Assembly: GCA_964270895.1 (NCBI GenBank)
Contig: OZ185442.1
Source: Podarcis filfolensis
Lineage: Eukaryota
Length of the DNA stretch: 64,000 bases
Reading direction: 5' to 3' (one strand)
The notes under the pieces were generated by a model. The model had not been told where the DNA came from and made no database searches. It was given only the letters and a program-made list of their open reading frames with translations. The position numbers were made by a program, and so were the translations under genes. The first letter of the stretch is position 1. Every line of letters starts with the position of its first letter. This document shows, piece after piece, positions 11,085-24,200 of the stretch.

Positions 11085-13610
11085 GTAAGGTTTGGCGCCT
11101 GCTTCTCAGGTCTGAGTTGCCTTTCTATAAGTTTATGGGGTGTGGGTGAGATCTTGGCTTTGCGCAGTGCTAACCCTGGTCTGCATGCTACTTTCACTTG
11201 AGCTGCTCTTCCTCTTGCTGGCCAAGGATAGGGGAAGAGGAGAGGGGTTCCCTTTAGGGCGCTCCCCACCCCAACCCCCTCAATTGGAAATTGGCAGGGA
11301 TGCCTCTCGTGTCAGACTAAGCGCTTTTTTTTTTTGCTAAGTGGCGGTGATTTTAATAACATGCCTTTAGGCAGGTACATTTTTCTTTTCTGACCAGCAC
11401 TCATTGCATGTGCTGAAAGAGAAAATGGACACAGTAAAAATAATACACGTGGACAAGGAATTTAGATAATTGAAAACCATAACTTGTTTTTAATCACTTA
11501 ATTCCTCAAAACGTTTCCAAGAGACGAGGGATGACGTGGCAAAGCAGAGGAGGAATGTATTTGTAGTTAGCAAAGGTAGGGCAGATGCGCTGTCCAAGGG
11601 TGGGCCTCATGCCTAGGCAATGTGACCTGTGGCAGCTTCAGACAGTGAGCTGCTGAGCACCAAGGCCTCCTTGGCAATGATGCCTCAAGGCAGAGTTTGT
11701 GGGAGCTTTCAGAAGCATACAAGTGGAGGGGGCATCGGCCCCTTCTTTGTTTCTGTAGATTCCTGCATGAGACTAGAAGTCTTGGTTCTCGGACAGACGA
11801 GCTGGTGCTTGAAATCCTACTTGGAACATAATCAGCTGCTTTGATTCCCATGATAACTTCCAGACCCTCAAGCGTGATGCAGGGCCCCATTTTGGTTCCT
11901 TAGTAAAGGAGGAATTGGGGGTGAGGCGAGGTTGAGCTTTTTTTATACAGGCATGAGAGAACCCTCTGCATCTGTTTCCTCCAGCCAGACAGTGCATGAG
12001 TCACTCAAGTTGTTGCACCTTTTCCAGTGGACTTGACATGTGCATCATGTGACAGTAGGCATGACACCCCACCAGTTCAGCTCAAAACTTGCTGCCAAGT
12101 TTATTGATAGAAAAGGATTTTGTGTAGTCTTGTGTGTTAAGAGCCTAACCAAAGAAGACAAAAAGTGCTCTGAAAGTTGTGGAGTGGCTACTGTAGTAAC
12201 TGTTGTGGGCACCAGAAAAAGCTACCCTGCCCAGCTGCATCTCCACGACCTCCAACTCCTGTGTCAATCCCCAATATTCCAGAAGAGAGATGAAAGCCAC
12301 AACCTTTTCCCACCTCCAGGCATCAGAAAAAACTGCAAATATTCCTTACGAATTTATCAGTTGAGTCCTGAGTACAGTGAGGTTCTTCCACAGAAAGTCA
12401 CTCCAGAATGTTGCACCTCTGATTGTGCAACGCTTTCTCCAGATTTCTTACCTGAACTTAAGTCACGGCCAAGTCTGGCAGGTCAGCCCTGCACAGAGTC
12501 TGCTAGTCTTCTTAGTTTGATTCTAAACAAAAGCCTCCTCCTCGCCTCAGAAGGTCTTGCAATTCTTTGTCTGCCAACAAGAGGCACTTCTTGTTCATTT
12601 GTTATAGATCTTTCTCTGATGGGTCCAGATAATTTTGAATGCCACCGCTTCCTCCACTTCCAAAAAGGGGGGATCCATTGCTCACCCACTCAGGGCTTAA
12701 GGCAATTGTTAACCAATATTTTGCCCGTATTCTCAGTTGTTAACAGGATATGCACTCTTGCTTCTTTCCAGGGCACAGGCCTAAATTTACCAAAAGTAAT
12801 TCACATTTTTGATACATGGCATAAGAATATATAAAGTCTTGTACATTCATCTTTGGGATGTTGTCATGAGTGTAGCGTGCTGATCATAGGAAAATGTATT
12901 GGTCACCTGTCTCTGATAACTGATCGTATTTCTCCACTTTTTCGTTTTTTCCCCCTGGAGAGGCAGTCTTACTGAAGCACATAGTAGCTTGTTCTGTAAA
13001 AAGGGTTGCCTGCATAGATCCATTTGGTTTCCCCATTCAGATCCCTGCAACCTCACAGGAGACTTGGAGAGGGGGGTGTCAAACAAAGGAGCTGGTCTCC
13101 TGCAGGGGGCGTTGAGAATTGATGGCAACTGGTCCACAGACCTTTCACATTGCTGTTTTGAGATTAGCAGAGTCCTGCACTTGAAGCCACTGAGAGCATA
13201 ATGACAGGACAGGTCACTACTAGTGGGTACCCTTTTATCTAGAGTACCAAGCTCTGCTGACAACAATTCCCTAGTCCTAGAGTAGGGGAAGAATGGGTAG
13301 AAATGTCCCTGGGATGCTTTTGTTCATTTAGCCCATTGTAAAAAGGCAGGTAGAAAGGGAGGTCGTCCCCATCCAGGTGTGTAGAAAGTATTTTGAGAAG
13401 TTGGAGGGGATGCATCTGCTCCCATCAGCCTGGTAGAAGGGGAGAGAGAACGGAGCATTGACGTGGAGATGTGCCAACCCCTGTCCATCCCCCACCCACC
13501 CGCCATCATTCTCGTCCTCCCCACCCCCCTCTCCCCCTCTCTCTGTCTCTTTCTCTGTCACTCTCTTTCTTTCTCTCTTACTCTGTCGCTCTCTTTCACT
13601 CTCGCTCCAG

Positions 13611-13715
13611 CAGCCAGGAGGGAGGAGGGACAGAAGCTTTCCACCCCACCCAAGAGCCAGCAGTCTTTTTGAAGATCCAAGGGAACTGGTGCAAAGGATT
13701 CTGGGATGTGGGATG
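13611..13715 (+). other. EIF4G3: Candidate alternative first or cassette exon (105 nt) ending in ATG
   Basis: About 100-nt CT tract, then ctccag|CAG (NAGNAG); donor GGGATG|gtgagt; open in phase 0 (QPGGRRDRSFPPHPRASSLFEDPRELVQRILGCGM). Confidence 0.4.
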
Positions 13716-14142
13716 GTGAGTGACAAGAGGGAAAAAAAGGTTAAGTGATGCCCTGCTGGAAAAGCCTGGCTCTTGTTTTTCTAATGGGTGGAGATCTCAT
13801 TTAGGGTGGGGCCATTGTGGCTTACAGGGGAGGCCCCTCCTGCAAAGGCGTGGAAGACTCAGGGCAGAAGGAATGTTCATGGGGAGCCTTAAAAACACGT
13901 TGAGAACTTGAGATGTATGGAGGAGCTCCGTTCAGTATTTTGCCCTTGAGGCATCTTACCATGCCATCTGGACTTTTTGCTTCAAAGCTGTTGCTCTGTC
14001 TTGGAAAGTGTTAAATTCTATGGCAAAGTTTCAAATTTGGAGTAGGCATAGATGTGCAGGGTGAGAGTCTTAGCTTCATGTCCAGTCTGAGGATGGTGGC
14101 TTAGCATTTTGTCGGCCCACATCTGCCTCCCCCATACACTCT

Positions 14143-14259
14143 GGGTTGTGTCCAACATTTGTTTTACACACAGTACACCCATTGAAATTAATTATCATTG
14201 GTCATACCCATTAACTTCAGTGGGTCTACTCTGAGTAGGATGAGCATTGGGTGCCACCC
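14143..14259. mobile_element. Palindromic MITE, family copy 3
   Basis: GGGTTGTGTCCAAC...CCCATTGAA / TTCAGTGGGTCTACTCTGAGTAGG...GGGTGCCACCC. Confidence 0.6.
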
Positions 14260-17200
14260 TCTTGACTACTTGGGCTGTCCCTCAAACAGCAGGGATTCCA
14301 TTTTCCCTCCACACCCTTTATTCAGGATTGCTTATAAGGGATTTTGCATGTGAGGAGGTCAGAAAGTGAAGCTTTTCGCACTAACCTCAGTTTGGCAGTG
14401 CCGAGGGAGGGCTGGTCTTGCGTTGAAAGTCGCTTATACTTGGTTTGGCGCTCACTCATTGCTCAGGTTCAAAATGTTTCCTTTAGGAAGGTGTTTAATT
14501 AAAATAGGAAAGTTTCGGTTCCAAACCTTTATGATGTGTTGGTGTGTGGGAGCCGCGGAGAGCTATCCAAGGTCCACTGAAAGCGGTCCAAAGGGGTGGG
14601 GACAGGAAAATGCAGCTTGCATCATGACTTCTGTGTTGCTCCTTTTGTCTTCCTGGATCCAGAAGCACATGGTGTGGCACATAAAGGGGAAAAGAGAGGC
14701 TCACAAAGGGAGAATAGAGAAGTGGTGCTGTAAGGCATGGACAGGGAGGGAAGTGGGTTAACAGAGAATGGGTCATAGAAGACATTTAACTTTTGTAACA
14801 AAGCTGTTCTGTGGTTAACATAGTCGTGCAGCCCTGTTGAGTTCTTGCAAAGGTGTCCCACTTGAGTATCTGAGTGTTTTACCCCTTGATTTAGAGTTTT
14901 CTTGGCCCAACTGATGATGCTCTGAGTGGTAGAGAATAAAACGTCCCCTATCTACATGATGCTTTTCTGGAAAAATATTTTTTTTTTGTCCTACTTGAAA
15001 GGGTTTTTGCAGTTTTCTAAGCTTTCATGAATAGGAGATGTATTATTTAACTCCCAAGAATGTAGTTAGACTTTGTTTAATATTCAGGTAGCCCAGAACC
15101 AGCGATTTGCCTTCCGAAATGAAGAGATTCTGAATTTCAGAAATTCCACACCCACTCACGACTCTGGAGTTTTGTGACCTTGGCTGCCTTTTCCTATGTG
15201 GCTTACTCTAGGATTGTCCCCTTCCTGTCCCATTTGGCTGGGTAAAGTATAGTAGTAGTGGAAACGGCATTAGGAATTGTGCCATAGGCTTTGGTGAGTA
15301 GCGTTCTCCTATGTGGTGCCTTAAGTGAGTCATGTTTTCCTGCAAGGCATTTCCAGAGTTCTCTACAGCTTGGTTCCCTCTTGGCTGTAACAGTGTGGTT
15401 AGAGCATGGTGCTGATAACGTCAAGATTGCAGGGGCAATCCCTGTAAGGTACAGCTGCATATTCTTGCGTTGCAGGATGTTGAACTAGATGATCCTCAGG
15501 GTCTCTTCCAACTCTTTGCTCAGCCTTCCACAGCACTTCCTGATAGTAGACTCTGCTTTAATAAAGCAGCGTGTCTTGGATCCCATATCACATGTAAATA
15601 TGGCATGATGTAATACGCTGTCATCGGTGTGCTGCCATAGAAAACAGCATGTGGGATGTCATTTTCAGTGTGGGCTTTTAAGGAAAAGTCATGTTGACTG
15701 TTGTCCTTTTGTCCCCAGTGCCCAAAAGCATTTTGTTTTGTGCCTGCTGCGGCAATTCATCAATGGAGTGGGAGGAGATGGGGGTTTGCTTTAATTCATA
15801 ATGTGACTCAAAAGCATGTTGTGTTTAGAAGGAAGCTCTACAGATGGGAACGTGCAGCAGTGCCAGCCAAGGTCTCTTGGGCCATTTCATGTAAGGACAT
15901 GCTAGTCTTCTTCCTTTTTGCCCTGGATCACCAGCAGTGTCCTTTGCTAGGCTGAGGAATAATCTCAGAGAAGTTTAGCTCTGCAGTCACAGGATGCAGC
16001 CTTCCTCTTTTTGCTTCTTTTAAAAAGCAAAACTCTTGCAGCTGGACTGATATTTTGATATGTGGTCCACTCCATTCCCTAAAAAAGAAAAGAAAAAAGA
16101 ATCCCTCTTTTGAGAACCTTAAATGAAGCATTTGCTAGTGCTGGCTGACATTCTGCATGCAGAATTGATAGGCAGAGAATATCTATATTTTATATAAATA
16201 GCTCTCCGTGGAACTTTGTGTAGACGGAGAAGGTGTGGCTTTAAGGAGCTTTGAAGCCACTGAGCCATCTTAGGGGCTATGGATGCTTTTCCAGTGAGCT
16301 GTTTTGGCAACAATTTCATAAAGACCTTCTGAAATCTAAGGCAGCTATTTTAAGTGTCATTAGGTCACGGCTGGCTTTCGAAGGAAAGCATGAAACACCC
16401 AGGGGCCTTGTTGCTTGTAGCTAGAAGTAGGATTAAATTGCCAAACGCATTAAGGTGGTGAGAGTGGAACCATACCTTTTCCGAGTCCGGCCTGCTCATG
16501 AGATGCTGTGAGAGTGATCCCTGGCCTAACCCTTCCCAGGGACTGCAAGCCTGTCCTCATCCATGGGACATTTCAGAGCTGGGATTGTGTAAGGGTGTGA
16601 GGTGTCGCTGGTTTTGTCATGTCTTTCCTTGGTGGTCCCTCAGATGCACCCAGCATTTAACCTGGCAAGTGACTTCCTGTGGGCACGGAAAGTTCTCAGG
16701 GTGCTGAAAGAATTCACAGCGCTGAGGCAGAAATTTCCACTCCGCTGCTCAGAGCAGGAAGCGCAAGAGCTGTGCGTGACTCAGCATTTTCTCAGCCTCC
16801 CCCTGACGTGAGCCTGGCTTTCGCCTGTTTATTCCTGGCACATTTAGTGCAAGGGCGGGGGGGGGGAATCTTGTTGCACAGCAGGTCTAACTCCTTTCGA
16901 AATGCAGATAAAAATAATCCTCCCCTTGTTGTTGTTTGCTTATTTCAGCTGGCAGGAACAGAGGGTGGGGGTTGAATGAGGGGGAAGGTCCATGGTGAGA
17001 GGATTCTTTGACAACTTGAAACACATAAGAATTCCTTTATCATACCTCTTACTCCGAGATAAGGTAGGAAGGAGGAAGTGCCATTGCTTGGTGGCAAAGA
17101 ACACCCATTGCCTGCATCAAGCCCCATATTCACCAGTCTCTTTGCAGGGCTGGGGGTCACCCTTCTCTGCCTGAGACCCTGCAGAGTCCTCACCAGTAAG

Positions 17201-17792
17201 AGGAGACAGCCCTGGGTTAAATGAACCAGCTGGCTGACTCGGGAAGAGGCAGCTGCTGCTTCTTTTCTTTCTTCATTAAATTCATTCAAACATATAACAT
17301 CTACATACATATATCTGAATGCTGGTGTTTAAGCAGTACTTACAAAATAACTACCAAATAATGTAAGCTTCTTATCCCAGACTACTGTTTGTATAGAAGG
17401 TGATAAACCGTTTAAGTTAACCAAAGTTTTGTAACGTGAGGAAAGTCCTCTGTCTTCATTTTTAGCCATATACATAAACAAAACCATTTGATTCCAAATG
17501 AGTCTTTGTGCTTCAGGCGTTGTGTCAGTTTTATTTAATTTTTCCACAAATACAGTTTGCCACACTTTGTTGTTCCAGTTTGTCAGAAAATCCCCCTCTA
17601 AGTTGTTCCAGTATGGTGCTGCTAATGAGCCTGGCTGCTAGGAGAAGAGAACTTCTTAAAGGTTTAAGCTGTTAAGTTAATATTGCCTCCCGTGAAAAGG
17701 TTGAGGAGCGCTAGACACTTTGTCTAGTAATTGCTTTTATTTGCACAAATAACTTCCTCCTCCTTAAGTCCACATGTTCATGGGCTTATCTG

Positions 17793-17850
17793 CACCATGC
17801 ATTTGAAGCATATGGCCTCCGCCAAAGAATCCTGCTTTGAATGTATGGTG
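17793..17850. mobile_element. Internally deleted relative of the 4388-4553 MITE
   Basis: Arms CACCATGCATTTGAAGCA / TGCTTTGAATGTATGGTG match the TIR core of the 4388 element. Confidence 0.55.
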
Positions 17851-20800
17851 TGAATGTGGGAGGTGCTCTGCAAATTGTAGTCATCACTCATTGCTGTGTC
17901 TCACGGTGCTACAGCATTTGTAAAGTTTAGAAATAATCACTGCTTTTTTTAAAAAAAAATACATGTCCCAATCCTCAGATGTTGAGGTTGGACAGGCTAG
18001 AATTGGAGTTAACCTGGATACAGATTGTTGTGGCAGGGAAAGCTCTTGGTGCATGGCAGGAAGCACTTCCCACCCCAGGCCAGACCCTGATTGGCTCCCC
18101 AGGATTACATTGGAACTTTCATCTCGCCCTTCTGGGCCAGCTAATTGGGCTCTGAAATTGGACTCAGAAATGTGGCTGCTAATTGCCGCTTGCTGATGTA
18201 CTCCAAGACAAAGACAGTGAATTGGAGAAGAGATTGGGTTGTTGAGTCATTGCAGTGGGCTTGATGCAGCGAGGCTGGCAAAAGTTAGGGGTGCTTCATG
18301 GGCAGAATGTTTCCTGACTGGAGCCAAAATTTGCTTCCTAAGTGACCTTGCTGCATCTTTGTCTGATTTGCCATTTCACTCCACCTAACAAGACAGTTGC
18401 AGGCTTCAAACATCTGGTCATCCCCAGAGCCATGCAACTGAACAGCTCCTGAAAAATGCTATTTTGCTGCTTCAGGCTGCCCTGGCTGCCCTCAGTTGCC
18501 CCTCCCTTCCACCAGCCTGGAAGGTGGTTAGGTGCCTGCTTTGGATTTTGCCTCTGTCAAAGGCAAATCACTACAGTAGTGATTGTTTTTCTGGCATGTT
18601 TTAATTAGCAAACTGCTTCTGAGTATCTGTGCATACCCTGTAGTAACTTTTCTTAAATAGGGTGCTGTTTGAGCAGCAGCTTAAACTAGATGACTTCCAT
18701 AGTCCCTTCCAGAGTATTGGGCTTGTCCAGTGCTAAGGTGGAACCAAAATCCACCCGGTCTCAGAAAGCTGCACTTGACTTTAATCTATTGACTGTAATA
18801 AGGGAAGGACAGTATGATTTATTGTCACACCCCCCTTTTAGGAGGAGTTTTCATTCAACCTTTTCAGATTCAGCACCTGTCCTTAGCCCAGAATGGCATT
18901 AGGATACCCACTTCTTTTTTTGCCATTTATTTGTATGGTGGTAGTACTGTTGCTGTTGCAACTTGTTTTAGGCTAGGTTGCAACATTGCAATGGGTTCCG
19001 ACTAGGGACCTAAGAGGGTGTTACTAATTGTGTTTTACCACACTTCTGCCACTGATCCCTTTGTTCAGCTGTGTACTCTTGAGGTCCAAGATCTCACAGT
19101 TTTGAGCTGCTGACTTTGAAACCTAGCCTGGTCCATCTTGGAATTCTGCATTCAATATGAGCCAAATGACTGCCTTATGCCCTGCTTTGAGTGTTTGTAG
19201 TCACATGTACCTGATGATAAGAGACTCTTTTTTTTAAAAAAAAAGCACCTCTGTGCACAAAAAACACACACCTCGCATACACACACATATGCACAGCAGT
19301 ATTTTATCTCCCTGAATTTTAGAATGATCCACTCCCTGGTTCTCTCATTGCATCTGGCAGGCAAATCATAAAATGCTGAACAGAATAAACTTTAATGATC
19401 CACCACTTTTCAGACAAATAAGCCGATTAAAATTCTCATGTGCATTCATCTTTCTGTGCCAAGCAGAGATCAGTAGGCAAGATAATTATCCCATTCAGCT
19501 GGGATGGAAGAAAGGCAAGTGTCACATGTTTCAGTGAGAGCCTTGAAGGATGGGCAGAATTGAGCAATGGCTTATGGAGGTGTCCATAGCATCTTTTAGG
19601 GGGCATATGGGTTGGTGAGCCCTGATGGAAGGGCAACAGGAATTGCTCTAAACCTGGCAGTTGTTTGAACACCCAGAGACCAATTATGGATTGAGCCTGG
19701 CGCGCACAGGCAACCTGTATACAGTTGTCACTTGGCTTACCCTTTGTACCAGCCTTGCAGTTAAGCACTAGCCTGGTAGCCATAAGTGACTGGGAATTCT
19801 GTTCAGGCATGTGAATGGACTAACGGAGGAGGGATAGATCACTCCATTTCTCTACCACCATCAGTCTGTTTGAGTCCTGTGTTAGCTGCAGTGGAAGGAA
19901 GGTTTCATCCTCCACAACTAGGATAGATAACTGAGCCTCCTCTGCCAGTCAGCTTGGTGGAAGAACTTTTCCTTTCATAGCCTGTGTGTCAAAACTAGCT
20001 ATGGAGGAAGGGTATGCTGCTCTGGCACTGCAGTTTGCTTTAAGCTGTAGGACTGCTCCGGGGCTCAGGGTGTGGTGTTCTGTTGAGTGGGCTGCCTCTG
20101 TTGAAATGGGGTGATGGGGAGTTTGCTTGCTTATGTGAATGGGTCCTCCAGCCTGTGTTATGAGCTCTGTTGCTGGGCAGGCTTCCCCTTCTACCAACAA
20201 GCTGGCCTTAACGCAGGGGCCTGTTAGGAGAAGGCACTGCTTTTCTTGTGAAATGACAGTTGAGGTGTCATTGCTTAGACTTAACTGGCTGCAAGAGGTT
20301 TACCTGCTTTATCTGTGTTGCTGCCTTTTGCAAAGGGCCTTATCTCCTCCTCTGCAGGGCCCTGGAGCAACCAAGGGGCCTGGGAACAGGGCTGTTTGCT
20401 GTAGTCTTACAAGGAGGCTTGGACTGTTAATGGGAGCAAGAAGGAAGGTGCATTTAACTCCTGGCCACATAGAGTCAAAGGGCAACAGTAGAGCTTCTTT
20501 TTTAAAGTCTTCTAAAACTGTGTGGGTGTCAGATGTGCAAGCTGCCATTGTCCTGTCTTATAAAGAGGCACTAAGCCTCAGTCGCATCACTGTGACATAA
20601 ATCCGGAAATGTTTTTCTCGAGCCAAATAGTCTCCTGATGAATATTGTAAGGGGCTGAATATTCTGCTGCTTCTTGGCATGAATTAGCAAAACATTTCTG
20701 GTGCTAAGTGTGCCACTGAGCCATCCAGCAGGGAGGAGGATGAGGTGTGTGAGCTTCTGTGTCAGTGAGGTGAGCAAGCCGGCAGGGTGGGAGTACCTGG

Positions 20801-21200
20801 TGTATAGAGTCTCAGAAGCAAATGGTTTGGCCTACAGGCACTGCTGGCACAGAGGACAGCTATCTCTGCCATGGTTCATCCCCCCCCCCCAGCATCATTC
20901 AGGAGATGAAACATTGGGCTGGACAGATTCTTGCTCTTGACCCAACATGGCAAATGTTGCAGTTAAGTGCCTTCAAGATAACCATTGCTTTTAAGTGAGA
21001 TAGTAGACACCCCCTAACTGTTGAAAACCTGCAGTTAAGATTAGTTCCTTGTATCCGGGCTTTTGCATCAATGGCGTATGTCTGAAGGTACAAAGTGTGA
21101 GTCTAGTTGAGAGTTGAGGCAGCAGCGGGAAGGCAGTTTCCATCCCGGTTGCCGTTGCTTGTCATGTCTTTAACCATCTTTCTTCTCTCTCCCATGGCAG

Positions 21201-21296
21201 GCCCCTTACCCCTCTGGACAGAACGCCGCACCGACTACGCTGGTGTACCCGCAGGCCCCTCAGACGATGAGCACCCAGCCTCAGACGCGCTCGCCG
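21201..21296 (+). CDS. EIF4G3: Exon with the canonical start codon at 21267 ([32 protein letters not shown])
   Basis: Acceptor cccatggcag|G, donor CCG|gtaagg; 96 nt; ATG context cagacgATGA; CpG-rich relative to the flanks. Confidence 0.95.
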
Positions 21297-24200
21297 GTAA
21301 GGGAGCCCTTATTTTGCCTGCGTGTTGTGCTGCAGCTGTCCAGCTGTCCAGCAAAGCCATTGCGTTGCACTTTCTAATCTTTTTGCGAGTAGCTTCCCTG
21401 AGAAAAAGGCACCCGAAGGACTTCCCCTCTGCTTCCAGGTGGCACAAGTGACGTAGTGTTGAAGCCCTCTGGGGCTCTCAGAGATGAGGAGTCAGATCCT
21501 TTTTTGAGTTGCCTGCCTGCTCTCCAGAAGCCTGTAAATGCCTACTCCTGGGCACTTCTGTCATTGCCTACGGTACTGGTGCCCTGCTGCCAGAGGGGGC
21601 CCTGAGCCCGGCTTCAATCTCTTGTGTTGATCCATACTACCTTGCATCATAAGTTTGAGTGATACAACCTGTGCCTTTCAAGGGTGTGTCTTCTGGTGGT
21701 GACTGTTGTGTGGTAGATGCATGGACACCCCCTCCCTTTGTGTCTTTACCTTTTACTGCCCCCTTCTTTAAAGGGCTTGTAGCGAGTGGGGAAGGAGAAA
21801 CTTGTTTCCTGCGGCCAATGCAATTCTGGGCTCCTGTGCTCACAGCCCTGCTGGTTCCAGCTGCACACTCTTGTTTTTTGTCTAGAAAAGGACCCTCCAG
21901 CTCATTCCCTCCTCACTCAGCCCCAGTAGTTGGCCACAATCCTGCTCTATGACAAACTGGTATTGAGCAGCAGAAGGGACACCCTTCCATCCCCAGCCAC
22001 CCTTACTGTAGTAGGGCATGTTCCTCCCTGTTACGATGCGCAAAAAGCAAGAGCTGAAACATTCATGGCTGAAACGAGAGGGGAGAGTCTGACTCGAGAG
22101 CCGTGTCTCTAAACCAGTTTTCTTGACAGCCCAGCAGAGCAGTGCCAGTACATTGCCCAGACAACTGGAAGCGGAGGAAGGTTTTGGAACAGAGTCCGGT
22201 TTACAGGTCCTTGGCGGGAAGAGGCTGGATAAAATACTGCATTGTAAGCAATATAACAAACTGTACTCCCTTCTTGCAGGCAGTCGTGCCCCCGCGGCAC
22301 CCCTTTCAGTTCTGTTGCTTTTTTTGGTTTCATTTTTTGACCACATTGTTGACTGATCTACAGAAAAGCACTGATCCGATCTCTGCTTTAAGCCGCTGTG
22401 TCTTGCGGGCTGCCGCATTCAGCGACAGTTTGGAAGGGGCCAAGGCTGTCGACGGTGGTGGCAGGAAGAAATTGAGGCAGGGTGCCCCCTCCTTAAAAAA
22501 ACCCCACAACAGCCACAACCCAATAACCCTGTTACAAATTTTTCAGGTGGTCTGAGTGATCAGGTACCTGAGATTTACTTTTCTAGCCCTTGTGGGGGAT
22601 TTGCATTTGATTGGATTAGTCACTCGAGGGAAATTGGCAAGAACTCCTCAAAACAGGAACTTTCCCCAATTTTGGCAGAAACCTTAAGACAGAAGAAGCT
22701 ACCTATAACGTCAGCCATTTTTCTGTGGTCATGAACAATCCCCCCTCTAAAATATTACCCTGCGTGCAGTCTTCTGCCATCGTCACGTTTTGTGATCATT
22801 ACCACCCCATGACTAAAAATTGCTCACATAACATTTCATTTCCCTCACTCACCTCTCCTCCTCCCCTCGCAAGTCCAAAACAAATGCAAAATGGGCTAGG
22901 CTGAGCAGCTCTTGCATTTTGTTCTGGGCTTGGTTTCCATTGGTTTATTCTCCCCGTCCCCCCTTTGTGGCCCTGAAGGGAGGCTTGGGGGAGGGTGAAC
23001 GAGGGAGAGCGAGAGAGAGAGAAAGAGAGACAGCCCCCCACCCACTATGGCACCAGAGCCCCAGCTGAGGGAGCTGGTGGGCCCTGGAGTTGTTTTTGTG
23101 CTGGCAAATGAAGGGACCCTAGTTCTTCTTCCCATAGCTGCCCTTCAGCTTACTCCAATCTATTTCTGCATTCAAGGGCCATTGGCAATTGCACAGCCTC
23201 TGCCTGGAAACGGCTACCTTTGCCATTCAGGTAGCTTGGTGTCATTCCCAGGCAAGTTTTCTGTTACAGCAGGGCCAGTGCCTCACACTCTGCATGCTAA
23301 TTCCAGTTGGGAAGACTTTAAAAACTTTTCAGTGAATTTCTAAATTGCAACAGGTTTTTGTTTCTTTTTAAAGCAATTTGGCCATCGTAGCGAAAATGCT
23401 GAAGTGGGGAAGAGAAGAGCTATAGTGGGAGGTTTTGTTTTCAAATGGCCACAGCCAGTGTGCCCACAACACAGCTTTAACCCATGGCGGGAGAGGGGGC
23501 CCCCTGCCAAATATGCACAGAAGGAATTGGAAGCAAGACCAGCATCTGGCAGGCAAAAATTGTAACTCCAGGCAAAGGGAAAAAGGAAACCTATTTTTAA
23601 TCTGAGCCAGCAGTGACTACAGTTTGTTCTGTTGCTTACAGTTACTTAATAGAGAGAGGGGCAGAGAGAGAGAGGCAGAGAGAAAGAATTCTGTCCGCAG
23701 GAATTATGCAGCCAATAGCCAATGGTGACAAGTGCAAAATAGACTAGGGTCTTTCTTTTTTCCTCCCACTAACGTTGAAGTTTTATTTATTTTTCATATA
23801 ACATGTTTACTGGGCCGTTGGTTTTCACATAATTTTATTAAGTTGCAACTATCTGGCTCTGATTTCTGAGCTGTTTAGAAGTGATACTTCCTGTGGAACA
23901 GTGATAAGACAGGTACTTTTGCTTTTGGACAGATGAACACCAGTTTTTTTGGTCTGTTACTGGTGTGCATTTGCTGATTTTCTGGGAATATAGACTTTCT
24001 ATCCCTCAACCTATTTAACCAGAAGTAGACATGCTTAATGCTTTATGCTTCTCTAGTCAGATATTTACCATCCTACTTTGCTTGTGCCCCCACTTTTCAC
24101 ACTAGAGGCAGAGCAAATTTTGAACCATATTTCTGTGCCAAATTTAATATAAGAACTAGCAGCCAATTCTTGCTCTCAATTTGTGTGTTTCTCAACAGCT

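Noticed and set aside
22130-22500. Mildly CpG-rich segment with a cttcttgcag acceptor, overlapped by ORFs of 137 and 178 aa
   Set aside because: No convincing donor, and the peptides resemble nothing in eIF4G or other known proteins.
23690-23790. Tandem CCAAT boxes (23712, 23719) and a branch-point-like CACTAAC...GAAG
   Set aside because: Short motifs expected by chance; no downstream exon or TSS evidence.
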